A stretch of 64,000 nucleotides of DNA, taken from a virus. Under the pieces are notes generated by a model. The model was not told where the DNA came from. It made no database searches and saw only the letters and a program-made list of their open reading frames with translations. Shown piece by piece: positions 29,968 to 38,253 of the stretch; within the stretch, counting starts at the first letter, position 1; the number at the start of each line of letters is the position of its first letter. The DNA lies in IMG/VR virus record IMGVR_UViG_3300025280_000026, positions 19,588-83,587 of that record; one strand, given 5' to 3'. Position numbers and translations under genes: made by a program.

Positions 29968-31158
29968 TTGTATTTTCAAGTCATTGACGATAAGACAGAG
30001 TGCATTGGCGTTTACGCAAATGAAAAAATATATTATGACGAGATGCCAAAGGGCATTTCAAAGACATGGAAGTATACTTCGATCCTACGCGATAGAAATG
30101 ATATAGAATATGCTAGTTTATATTGTGGCGGAGAAAACTTGGAAAAAGCATGTCCAGAACATTTGCAAACGCGATTACACAATGTGCTTGACCGCTTCAA
30201 AGCATATTTAATTTCGTTTAAAGAAGCAAAGATATCGTTATATGATAATTGCTTTTACGATTTAGTTCCAGAGAGGTTCGTGTTAAAATATTGTGATGTG
30301 AAAAATCAAATTACAAAATATATTTTTGAGAATTACGACAAGCCCAAGAATTATAATTTTCTTGTCTCTCTAAGCAAAGTTCTGGAAGATATTAAATATC
30401 GAGCCCTTCAATTGGATTTTGATGGTTTTGATTTTGGTTCTGTGGGAGGAAGGGCCTTCCATAAAAAAATCAAGCAAATCAATCCTTATATCGCATATGA
30501 TATTTTTGGTTCTAGAACTGGACGCTTAACAACCAAGAAAAAAAGCTTTCCTATTTTGACTCTAGACAAGAAATATAGGGGCACCTTAAAACCAAATAAC
30601 GACTATTTTGTCGAATTAGACTTTAACTCAGCCGAGATCAGGACTTTCTTGGCCCTCCAAGGCCTCAAGCAGCCCAAGGAGGATATTCATACCTGGATTG
30701 GTGAGAACGTCTTTAGGGGCCAAATAACCCGTGAAGAAACAAAGAAGAAGTTTTTTGCATGGTTGTACAATCCTGAAGCAAAAAATGAGGTTCTGGAGAA
30801 AATTTTTGATAAAAATAAAATATTAGAGAAATATTGGGATGGTGAACAAGTTGAAACACACTATGATCGAAGAATAAAAGCTGGTAAGAAGCATGCCTTG
30901 AATTATTTAGTACAGAGTACCACAAGTGATTTATTTTTGCGTCGCGTGATCGACATATGGGATTTTTTGAAGGGAAGGTTAACCCACGTTGCTTTTTGTA
31001 TACATGATTCGTTGATATTAGATTTTTCTATAGAAGATAAGCCACTACTAGAAGGGATTATCGATACATTTTCAAATACAGAATTAGGGAGATTCAAAGC
31101 CAATGTGAGTATTGGAAAGAATTTTGGTGAAATGAGGAAACTAGAATGGAAACAGTAA
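29968..31158 (+). CDS. Minimal family A DNA polymerase-like protein, 396 aa
   Basis: RTGRLT, motif A ELDFNSAEIR, motif B REETKKKFFAWLY, ALNYLVQST and motif C IHDSL. Confidence 0.8.
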   Translation: MYFQVIDDKTECIGVYANEKIYYDEMPKGISKTWKYTSILRDRNDIEYASLYCGGENLEKACPEHLQTRLHNVLDRFKAYLISFKEAKISLYDNCFYDLVPERFVLKYCDVKNQITKYIFENYDKPKNYNFLVSLSKVLEDIKYRALQLDFDGFDFGSVGGRAFHKKIKQINPYIAYDIFGSRTGRLTTKKKSFPILTLDKKYRGTLKPNNDYFVELDFNSAEIRTFLALQGLKQPKEDIHTWIGENVFRGQITREETKKKFFAWLYNPEAKNEVLEKIFDKNKILEKYWDGEQVETHYDRRIKAGKKHALNYLVQSTTSDLFLRRVIDIWDFLKGRLTHVAFCIHDSLILDFSIEDKPLLEGIIDTFSNTELGRFKANVSIGKNFGEMRKLEWKQ

Positions 31159-32006
31159 TAGGTTTAGGTCAAGCTGGTTGTAAAATAGCAGAACAGTTTG
31201 CAAAATATCCCCAGTATGACGTTTATCGAATTGATTCTGAAAAGAGACAGGGAAACAAATTTAAACATATTAAAGAATGCGATTCACATGAGGAGTATGA
31301 GAACAAGTGTCCTTCATTCAAAAGATTTTTTAAAAATGTAAAACCACCTTATCTTTTTATACTTTCCGGCGCAGGATCCATTTCTGGCTCGGCCTTAAGA
31401 ATAATGGAACAATTAAATTCTGATGATATATACGTTCTATATATAAGGCCAGACACCTCGTTACTATCCGAGATCAAGAAAAAGCAGGAGAGAGCAGGTT
31501 TTCATGTGTTACAGGAATTCGCTCGTTCTGGGTTGCTCAAAAGAATGTTTTTGGTTGATAACACAAAAGTAGAAGAGCTTATACAAAATCTTCCAGTAAT
31601 CGGTTATTATGATAAATTAAATGAAATGATAGTATCTGTGATGCACATGATAAATTGTTGCATGAATTCTAAACCGGAGCTTGAAACATTCGACGATCCA
31701 CCAGAAACTGCGAGGATATCAACTTTGGGAATTGTTGAGCTAGAAACGGGCAAAGAAAGTTTATTTTTTGATTTAAAAATGCCTCGTGAAAAGGTATACT
31801 TCTATATGATTCATGAAGATAAATTAAAGAATGACGGAGAGTTATTAAAGACCATAACGAGCCAAGTTCGCTCAAGGATGGAAGGTGGCAACATACAGAC
31901 GTCATTTGGGATATACTCCACGGAATATGAACAAGGGTACGTTTATGTTCTTGCACACACTTCTTTAGTACAAAATGAAATTTTTTATTTGTCTGATAAG
32001 AATTAG
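31146..32006 (+). CDS. Tubulin/FtsZ-family GTPase-like protein (PhuZ/TubZ-like)
   Basis: N-terminal VIGLGQAGCKIA (T1 loop), IDS, a degenerate T4 loop SGAGSISGS, and LVDN. Confidence 0.75.
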   Translation: METVIGLGQAGCKIAEQFAKYPQYDVYRIDSEKRQGNKFKHIKECDSHEEYENKCPSFKRFFKNVKPPYLFILSGAGSISGSALRIMEQLNSDDIYVLYIRPDTSLLSEIKKKQERAGFHVLQEFARSGLLKRMFLVDNTKVEELIQNLPVIGYYDKLNEMIVSVMHMINCCMNSKPELETFDDPPETARISTLGIVELETGKESLFFDLKMPREKVYFYMIHEDKLKNDGELLKTITSQVRSRMEGGNIQTSFGIYSTEYEQGYVYVLAHTSLVQNEIFYLSDKN

Positions 32007-32088
32007 TGCTTATTATTTATACAGCGATAATCAACCTAGATGTTCAGAAAATTAGCTGGGCATACTATACCAAAAAAGGAGAATTTAC

Positions 32089-32841
32089 ATGGGTATTGAT
32101 ATGAAGAAGATGAAGTCAAAGCGGGAAGCTTTGCAAAACCGTGGAAGCGGTGGGAGTAACAAGGAAATGTTTTGGCGTCCTCAAGACGGCGAGACCACAA
32201 TCCGCATTGTCCCAACTGAAGACGGTGATCCGTTTAAGGATTTCTGGTTCCATTATAATGTGGGCAATAATCCTGGGTTTTTGAGCCCGAAGAAAAACTT
32301 CGGTGAGGATGATCCCCTTGATAGTTTTGTAAGGAGTCTCTTTAAGGAGGGTTCAGATGATAGCATCAAGATGGCCAAAAGTTTGATGGCCCGCCAACGT
32401 TTCTTCGCACCAGTCTTGGTTCGAGGGGAAGAGGACAAAGGAGTCCGTGTCTGGGGCTTCGGCAAGATGGCTTATCAAGAGTTGCTTAACCTTGTTCTCA
32501 ATCCAGACTATGGTGATATTACTGATATCTCAGAGGGTACCGATTTGGTAATTACTTACGGCAAACCCCCGGGAGCACAATTCCCGCAAACGACCATTAC
32601 GCCTCGCCGTCGGCCGTCACCCTTGTCAAGTGTCAAGAAGGATATCAAGACGTATCTTGAGCAAGTACCTGATTTTACTACGCTTTTCGAGCGTAAGACC
32701 CCGGTACACGTTCAAGGAATGCTCGATGAATTCCTCTTGGGCGAAGAAGCAGAGGAGAATTCAACGGAAACTAAGAAGTATAAAACAGATACTGACAAGG
32801 CATCTTCCGTTGATGAGGCTTTCGCAGAATTTCTTGGTTAA
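32089..32841 (+). CDS. Single-stranded DNA-binding protein (gp32-like)
   Basis: FWRP..G.T.IRIVP, GVRVWGFGK, YGDITD..EGTDL and acidic tail VDEAFAEFLG. Confidence 0.85.
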   Translation: MGIDMKKMKSKREALQNRGSGGSNKEMFWRPQDGETTIRIVPTEDGDPFKDFWFHYNVGNNPGFLSPKKNFGEDDPLDSFVRSLFKEGSDDSIKMAKSLMARQRFFAPVLVRGEEDKGVRVWGFGKMAYQELLNLVLNPDYGDITDISEGTDLVITYGKPPGAQFPQTTITPRRRPSPLSSVKKDIKTYLEQVPDFTTLFERKTPVHVQGMLDEFLLGEEAEENSTETKKYKTDTDKASSVDEAFAEFLG

Positions 32842-32849
32842 TTCCAAGA

Positions 32850-32883
32850 ACCACAGGGAGGCATAGGTTTATCAGGTGCCTCA
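32850..32883 (+). repeat. Copy 1 of a ~33-bp palindromic direct repeat
   Basis: ACCACAGGGAGGCATAGGTTTATCAGGTGCCTCA. Confidence 0.85.
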
Positions 32884-32948
32884 ATTTTCATTAATGGGAT
32901 GACGGTTGTATAATAACCAAAATATCCCCTAACTACAAGGAGAATAAA

Positions 32949-34250
32949 ATGAAAAAAATTAAATTAAATCTGCCGCCTGGGCAGCCATTCTTAACAAACG
33001 GGAATGGAGTATACGACGTGTATGTAATACCGTCTTTGGAATGCGGATTAGACCAAATACCAAAAGGTCTGAATCCTCGGGATCTGGACCCGGAGTGTAC
33101 AAAAGTTAAAAACATCAAGGCCAGCTTTTTAAAAAATGACAATATGTTTATAACCAAGTGCGGTGGCATGCAAGTTACTATAGATAACGACTCTTTTGAG
33201 TTCGATTCAAATAATAGTTGTGTCACTTTCACTTGCGAATGGGGTCATAATCCACCACGGCCGATCGCAGAAGGTCGATCTGGTCATTATGATGGTCAAC
33301 ATAGTGGGTACGCTATAACCACGGCTCTTCAAGAAAATCCAAATGTTAATGAGGAGGTTAAGGTGACCCTCGTGGAGCAGCGCGTGTTTAAAACTATTGA
33401 TGAAAACCGCGACGCCACCAACTGTTGGAATGACAGAACCAATCAAAAGCAGTCTAGCGAACAAAACATGCGAGGACTTTTTGATGATCTGAAAAGCAAT
33501 ATCAAATATACTGACCTTAAAAATATTGGATGGAAACAATATCAGAAAAACGTCAATGGTGAGAAAATAACTGCCGCGAATGAGGTACAACAAGTCATCA
33601 GACTTTTATCTACCTACTTCCCTCTAACTTATGAACCGGGCCTTGGTGTTCCTTATATCGCGACACTTCCTAAAGCTGGAGAGAAAACAGCGATCAATAT
33701 GTTAACAAACGACAAATATAAGCCGTATACTCTTCCCACACAAAAACATGTGGATTATGTTTTAGAACTGTCTGATTATATTCAGAGCACTATGGAGAAT
33801 ATTTTGGGCAGTGATTTTAATGAATTTCCATTAATTAAACAATCCGGCGCCAAGCAGCTTCTTAAGCAGCCAAGCAAAAGAAGATTTTTTAGAACAAATT
33901 TATTCAATGGTCAGGAAGCCATCGGTGCCCTTAACAAAGACTATATTTTGATGTTCGTATACGCAGTTGTTAGTAACTGCTATGAATGGGATGAAAAGAG
34001 ACAAGAATATGATCAAAAGCATTCTATTGCCTCCGCAAAAGCAATCTGGTCTGAATACGGCAAAAGGCTGCTCGATGAAGTTAATAGAGATTTTATAGCG
34101 TCTTTTGCAAATTCGAGCAAATCGAGAAAGTCTGATTTTGTTAATCAGCACACCAAGTGGGGTCTACTCTCACACTTAATTTTCAAAGGAATGAGGGATA
34201 ACAAGTGGAAGAATAGAATCAATACTTCTCTTAAAGCAAAGGCAGCTTAA
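32949..34250 (+). CDS. ParB/Srx-fold protein (AIPR/DGQHR-like)
   Basis: NPR...IKASF...F....GG...DGQH..YAI...V.VT...N pattern of AIPR/DndB-like ParB-fold domains. Confidence 0.55.
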   Translation: MKKIKLNLPPGQPFLTNGNGVYDVYVIPSLECGLDQIPKGLNPRDLDPECTKVKNIKASFLKNDNMFITKCGGMQVTIDNDSFEFDSNNSCVTFTCEWGHNPPRPIAEGRSGHYDGQHSGYAITTALQENPNVNEEVKVTLVEQRVFKTIDENRDATNCWNDRTNQKQSSEQNMRGLFDDLKSNIKYTDLKNIGWKQYQKNVNGEKITAANEVQQVIRLLSTYFPLTYEPGLGVPYIATLPKAGEKTAINMLTNDKYKPYTLPTQKHVDYVLELSDYIQSTMENILGSDFNEFPLIKQSGAKQLLKQPSKRRFFRTNLFNGQEAIGALNKDYILMFVYAVVSNCYEWDEKRQEYDQKHSIASAKAIWSEYGKRLLDEVNRDFIASFANSSKSRKSDFVNQHTKWGLLSHLIFKGMRDNKWKNRINTSLKAKAA

Positions 34251-34257
34251 ATGCCAC

Positions 34258-34290
34258 ACCACAGGGAGGCATGGGTTTATAGATGCCTCA
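34258..34290 (+). repeat. Copy 2 of the ~33-bp palindromic direct repeat
   Basis: ACCACAGGGAGGCATGGGTTTATAGATGCCTCA. Confidence 0.85.
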
Positions 34291-34309
34291 TTCAATATAT
34301 GGAGAAAAA

Positions 34310-35410
34310 GTGGCCAGGAAAGCTAAAAAACTAGGAAAGCTCAGCATGGATGACATGCGAAACCTAATCAACAGAAAAGCAGGATTAGACGTTGCACACG
34401 ATCTGAGAGAAGAGAATCCAACTGAAGTAAAACAATGGATTCCAACTGGATCAACTTGGCTGGATAATATCATATGCAGAGGCAAAAAAGCAGGAATTCC
34501 TGTTGGCAAGATATCAGAGATTGCTGGACTAGAGGGATCCGGAAAATCATGGATGGCTGCAGAAATCGCCACCAACGCTCAGGAAATGGGCATAGACGTC
34601 GTTTACTTCGATTCTGAATCTGCCATAGACCCAAGCCTCTTGGAGCGCTTAGGAGTTGATTTAAACCGGTTCCTGTACGTTCAAGCTTCGAGCGTGGAAT
34701 TTGTGTTGGAAACGATTGAGGAACTTCTTGGTTCGAATGATGGCCAAATGTTGTTCATTTGGGATTCGCTAGCTTTAACACCGGCAATTACAGATGTGGA
34801 GGGTGATTTTAATCCCCAATCATCGATGGCTGTCAAAGCTAGAATTTTGGCCAAAGGCATGTCGAAGCTGACAGTACCAATCGCGAATACACAATCAACG
34901 TTTTTGGTACTAAATCAACTTAAAACAAATATCGCATCCAATCCTTCACAAAGGATGCAAATAATGACTACTCCGTATGTGACCCCAGGTGGAAAAGCAA
35001 TGCATTACGCATATTCACTACGTATCTGGCTTACTGGTCGCAGGGCTAAATCTTCCTTTATTATGGATGGCGACGACCGCGTAGGATATCAGGTGCAAGT
35101 GAAACTTGAGAAATCACGTTTCGGAACATCTGGTCGAAGATGTCATTTTAAGATTATGTTTGCTGGAGAAGTTGGTATCCGTGATCAAGAGAGCTGGCTA
35201 GAAGCGTTAGCCGGTTCTGAAAACCTAACACAATCCGGTGCATGGTATACTTTACGTTATGAAGATGAGACCACTGAGAAATTTCAATCAAAAAATTGGG
35301 TTGAAAAAATAAATAGCAATGAACGCTTTCAAGAAAGAGTGTTGGAGCTAATGGAAGAAGAGATTGTTCGGAAATATCAAAAAAAGACTGAACAAACCTC
35401 GACTGCATAA
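34310..35410 (+). CDS. recA: RecA/UvsX recombinase
   Basis: IPTGS, Walker A GLEGSGKS, FDSE, IWDS, NQLK and TPGGKA. GTG start at 34310 follows GGAG. Confidence 0.93.
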   Translation: MARKAKKLGKLSMDDMRNLINRKAGLDVAHDLREENPTEVKQWIPTGSTWLDNIICRGKKAGIPVGKISEIAGLEGSGKSWMAAEIATNAQEMGIDVVYFDSESAIDPSLLERLGVDLNRFLYVQASSVEFVLETIEELLGSNDGQMLFIWDSLALTPAITDVEGDFNPQSSMAVKARILAKGMSKLTVPIANTQSTFLVLNQLKTNIASNPSQRMQIMTTPYVTPGGKAMHYAYSLRIWLTGRRAKSSFIMDGDDRVGYQVQVKLEKSRFGTSGRRCHFKIMFAGEVGIRDQESWLEALAGSENLTQSGAWYTLRYEDETTEKFQSKNWVEKINSNERFQERVLELMEEEIVRKYQKKTEQTSTA

Positions 35411-35492
35411 ATTGCTCCTGCGCCCAACCCCTAATATTAGTTTTTAAGCAAGAGTTTTTAAAAACTAATTAAATGTACACGAGGAGAATCGT

Positions 35493-35858
35493 ATGTCTAA
35501 AATAATTAAAAATATAGTTGCAGAAGTAATTGCAGACAAAGTGCAAGAAGCCGAATGTCTTATCCACACTTCTACAAAAGAAAATTTAACCGATGTCTTA
35601 ACTTCTATCCGAGCAATATCGGGAGTTACAATTGTTAATTTAGTTGGCTCTTCACAAAAAGTTTCGGAAGGTAGAACAGCATCATATTTGAAAATTAAGT
35701 TTATACCCAATATAACTTCTTCTGATAGCTATGTAAGAAACCTGGCGGATTACGTAAGAAATCTTCCAAGCGTCTTCACCTTCGAAGTCAAGAAAGTTGA
35801 AAACCTCAAACAGAAATTGGCGCGCAGGAAGCAACAAAAAGATATAATGAGTATTTAA
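35493..35858 (+). CDS. Hypothetical late protein
   Basis: ACTAATTA at 35464 and a GAGGAG Shine-Dalgarno. Confidence 0.65.
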   Translation: MSKIIKNIVAEVIADKVQEAECLIHTSTKENLTDVLTSIRAISGVTIVNLVGSSQKVSEGRTASYLKIKFIPNITSSDSYVRNLADYVRNLPSVFTFEVKKVENLKQKLARRKQQKDIMSI

Positions 35859-35874
35859 AGCACTAGAGGAAAAA

Positions 35875-36852
35875 TTGAAAACTAAAAGATTGCTGTTAAT
35901 TGATCAGCTAAACTTGTTTTTTAGATCTTACATTGTTGATCCTTCTTTGTCCACTAATGGCCAACCCATTGGAGGTTTAAAAGGAGTGATAAAGGCATTG
36001 CAAAAAATCATCCGCGAGGCGAAACCTGATGAAATTATTATTTGTTGGGATGGCCGCGGAGGTTCTACAAAGCGCAAAATTATAAATAAAAATTACAAAG
36101 AAGGCCGAAAGCCCCCACGCCTTAATCGAGGGGACAGAATTCTTACAGAATCAGAAGAGCGAACAAACAAAGTGTGGCAACTTCAGAGGTTAACTGAATA
36201 TTTCAATGAAATGCCGTTAATACAATTTATGTTCGATGGGGTCGAGGCCGATGACGTAATCGCTTATCTGGCAAAACACAAATATTATGAAGATTGGCAA
36301 AAAGTAATTGTTTCAAGTGACAAAGATTTTTTTCAACTTCTAGACACAACTACAGTTCTTTACAGACCAGTACAAAAACAGGTCTTAAACATGAAGACTT
36401 TAATAAAAAAACACAATATACATCCTAATAATTTTGCTCTTGCGAGAGCAATGGTGGGTGATAAGAGTGACAATCTTGAAGGTGTAGGTAATATTGGATT
36501 AGCCACGGCCTATAAAAGATTTCCTTTTTTACTGGATGAGAAGCCAGCTACCTTAACCGAGGTTTTAGATTATTCTAAAGAGCAGCTTAAAGAAAAAAAA
36601 CTCAAAGCATATGAAAATATTATTAACAACGCTGATATCTTAAAGAGAAACTACAAGATGATGCAATTATACGCTCCCATCCTGGACATAAATGCAAAGA
36701 AAATACTTCGCGAGACAGTGCAAGGAGCAAAAATTAGTTTTAATAAAACAGAGATTATTAAGATGATGACACAAGATGGTTTTGGAGAGGTAAATTTTAA
36801 TGAACTATTTGTCCATTTTAATAAGATAGTGGTTGACCAGAAAGCCATCTGA
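35875..36852 (+). CDS. 5'-3' exonuclease/flap endonuclease (T4 RNase H-like)
   Basis: LLID, CWDG, YKEGR, EADDVIA, SSDKDF and GDKSDN..GV. Confidence 0.92.
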   Translation: MKTKRLLLIDQLNLFFRSYIVDPSLSTNGQPIGGLKGVIKALQKIIREAKPDEIIICWDGRGGSTKRKIINKNYKEGRKPPRLNRGDRILTESEERTNKVWQLQRLTEYFNEMPLIQFMFDGVEADDVIAYLAKHKYYEDWQKVIVSSDKDFFQLLDTTTVLYRPVQKQVLNMKTLIKKHNIHPNNFALARAMVGDKSDNLEGVGNIGLATAYKRFPFLLDEKPATLTEVLDYSKEQLKEKKLKAYENIINNADILKRNYKMMQLYAPILDINAKKILRETVQGAKISFNKTEIIKMMTQDGFGEVNFNELFVHFNKIVVDQKAI

Positions 36853-36861
36853 CCTTATATT
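36833..36861 (+). promoter_or_regulatory. Sigma70-like promoter for the helicase gene
   Basis: TTGACC-N17-TATATT. Confidence 0.55.
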
Positions 36862-36875
36862 ATATCTAAAGGAAG

Positions 36876-38249
36876 ATGATGAAAGAAGAACAGGTTAATT
36901 TTGCAAAATATGGTAAAAGTTTTCAGGAAACATTAGCTCAACTAATATTAGAAGACCGGCCTTTTGCAGACCAAATCGAGGAAGTTATTGATGTTAACTT
37001 CTTTGAATTAAAATACCTTCGTGTTTTTATAAGTAAAGTATTTGAGTATCGAAAAAAATACGGGGTACATCCAACTAACAAGATTATAGCATCCGTGTTA
37101 AGAACGGAGCTGGATAATGAGAATGAAGCTGTCCAAAAACAAGCAAGAGATTATTTTGCTAGGACACTTGCCAGGCCGGCTTCAGACACAAAATACATCA
37201 AAGAGACTAGTCTTGACTTTTGTAAAAAACAAAACTTAAAAAGAGCAATTTTGAAGTCTGTTGAGTTACTTCAGTCGTCGTCTTATGATGAAATTAAGGA
37301 TGTCATTGATGAAGCTTTAAAATTGGGTGTTGATAATAATCACGGTCATGATTTCAAAAAGGATTTTGAACTTCGTTATACACTCCAAGCACGAAACCCT
37401 GTTTCGACTGGTTGGAAAATAATTGACGGCATCACAAAAAATGGTTTAGGCAAAGGAGAGTTGGGAGTCATTATTGCTCCAACCGGCGCGGGTAAATCAA
37501 TGGCCCTAGCCCACCTCGGCGCCATCGCTGTGAAGAATGGTAAAAGCGTCGTGCATTATACTTTGGAGCTTTCTGAAGCAATCACTGGCCAAAGATACGA
37601 TAGTTGTATAAGTGGTGTCAGATTAACCGATCTTCTTTCAATGAAAGATATGGTGTATGAAAAAATTACCGATGTTGAGGGATCTCTGATTATAAAAGAG
37701 TATCCAACTCGTTCAGCAACTATAAATATTTTGCGCGCTCATCTAGAAAAATTAAAAAAAAGAAATCAAGAAATCGATGTAATTTTAGTGGATTACGCCG
37801 ATCTGCTCAAACCTACATCAAATTATAAAGAGAAAAGGACTGAGTTGGAGTCTATTTATGAGAGTCTAAGAGCTTTAGCGCAAGAATATAATTGTCCAGT
37901 ATGGACAGCATCCCAAACTAATAGATCTGGACTTAATGCAGAAGTTGTGACAATGGAATCGATTTCAGAGGCTTTCAGTAAATGTTTTGTTGCAGATTTT
38001 ATACTTTCCATCTCTAGGACGATCAAAGATAAAAATGCAAATACCGGTAGAATGTTTGTTGCGAAGAACCGCAACGGCGTCGACGGTTTAGTATATCCAA
38101 TTTTTATGGAACCAGCGACCGTCAAAATTAAAGTATTCGAACAGGAAGAAGATGCCGCCGAACTGTTGAGAGAAAAGACTCCGAAAGAACAAGCTGATGC
38201 AATAAAAGAGAAATATAAGAATTTTAGAAGACAAGCAAGGGGGGCGTGA
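36876..38249 (+). CDS. dnaB: Replicative DnaB-like helicase (gp41-like)
   Basis: Walker A APTGAGKS, TLEL, LVDYADL, TASQTNR and KNRNG. Confidence 0.92.
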   Translation: MMKEEQVNFAKYGKSFQETLAQLILEDRPFADQIEEVIDVNFFELKYLRVFISKVFEYRKKYGVHPTNKIIASVLRTELDNENEAVQKQARDYFARTLARPASDTKYIKETSLDFCKKQNLKRAILKSVELLQSSSYDEIKDVIDEALKLGVDNNHGHDFKKDFELRYTLQARNPVSTGWKIIDGITKNGLGKGELGVIIAPTGAGKSMALAHLGAIAVKNGKSVVHYTLELSEAITGQRYDSCISGVRLTDLLSMKDMVYEKITDVEGSLIIKEYPTRSATINILRAHLEKLKKRNQEIDVILVDYADLLKPTSNYKEKRTELESIYESLRALAQEYNCPVWTASQTNRSGLNAEVVTMESISEAFSKCFVADFILSISRTIKDKNANTGRMFVAKNRNGVDGLVYPIFMEPATVKIKVFEQEEDAAELLREKTPKEQADAIKEKYKNFRRQARGA

Positions 38250-38253
38250 ATAA

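Noticed and set aside
31146-32006. Nucleus-forming (chimallin) jumbo phage
   Set aside because: Tubulin alone is insufficient; no chimallin or multisubunit phage RNA polymerase is recognisable, and the head genes are T4-like
34283-34309. recA start at ATG 34283
   Set aside because: That ATG lies within the repeat hairpin; GGAG spacing favours GTG at 34310
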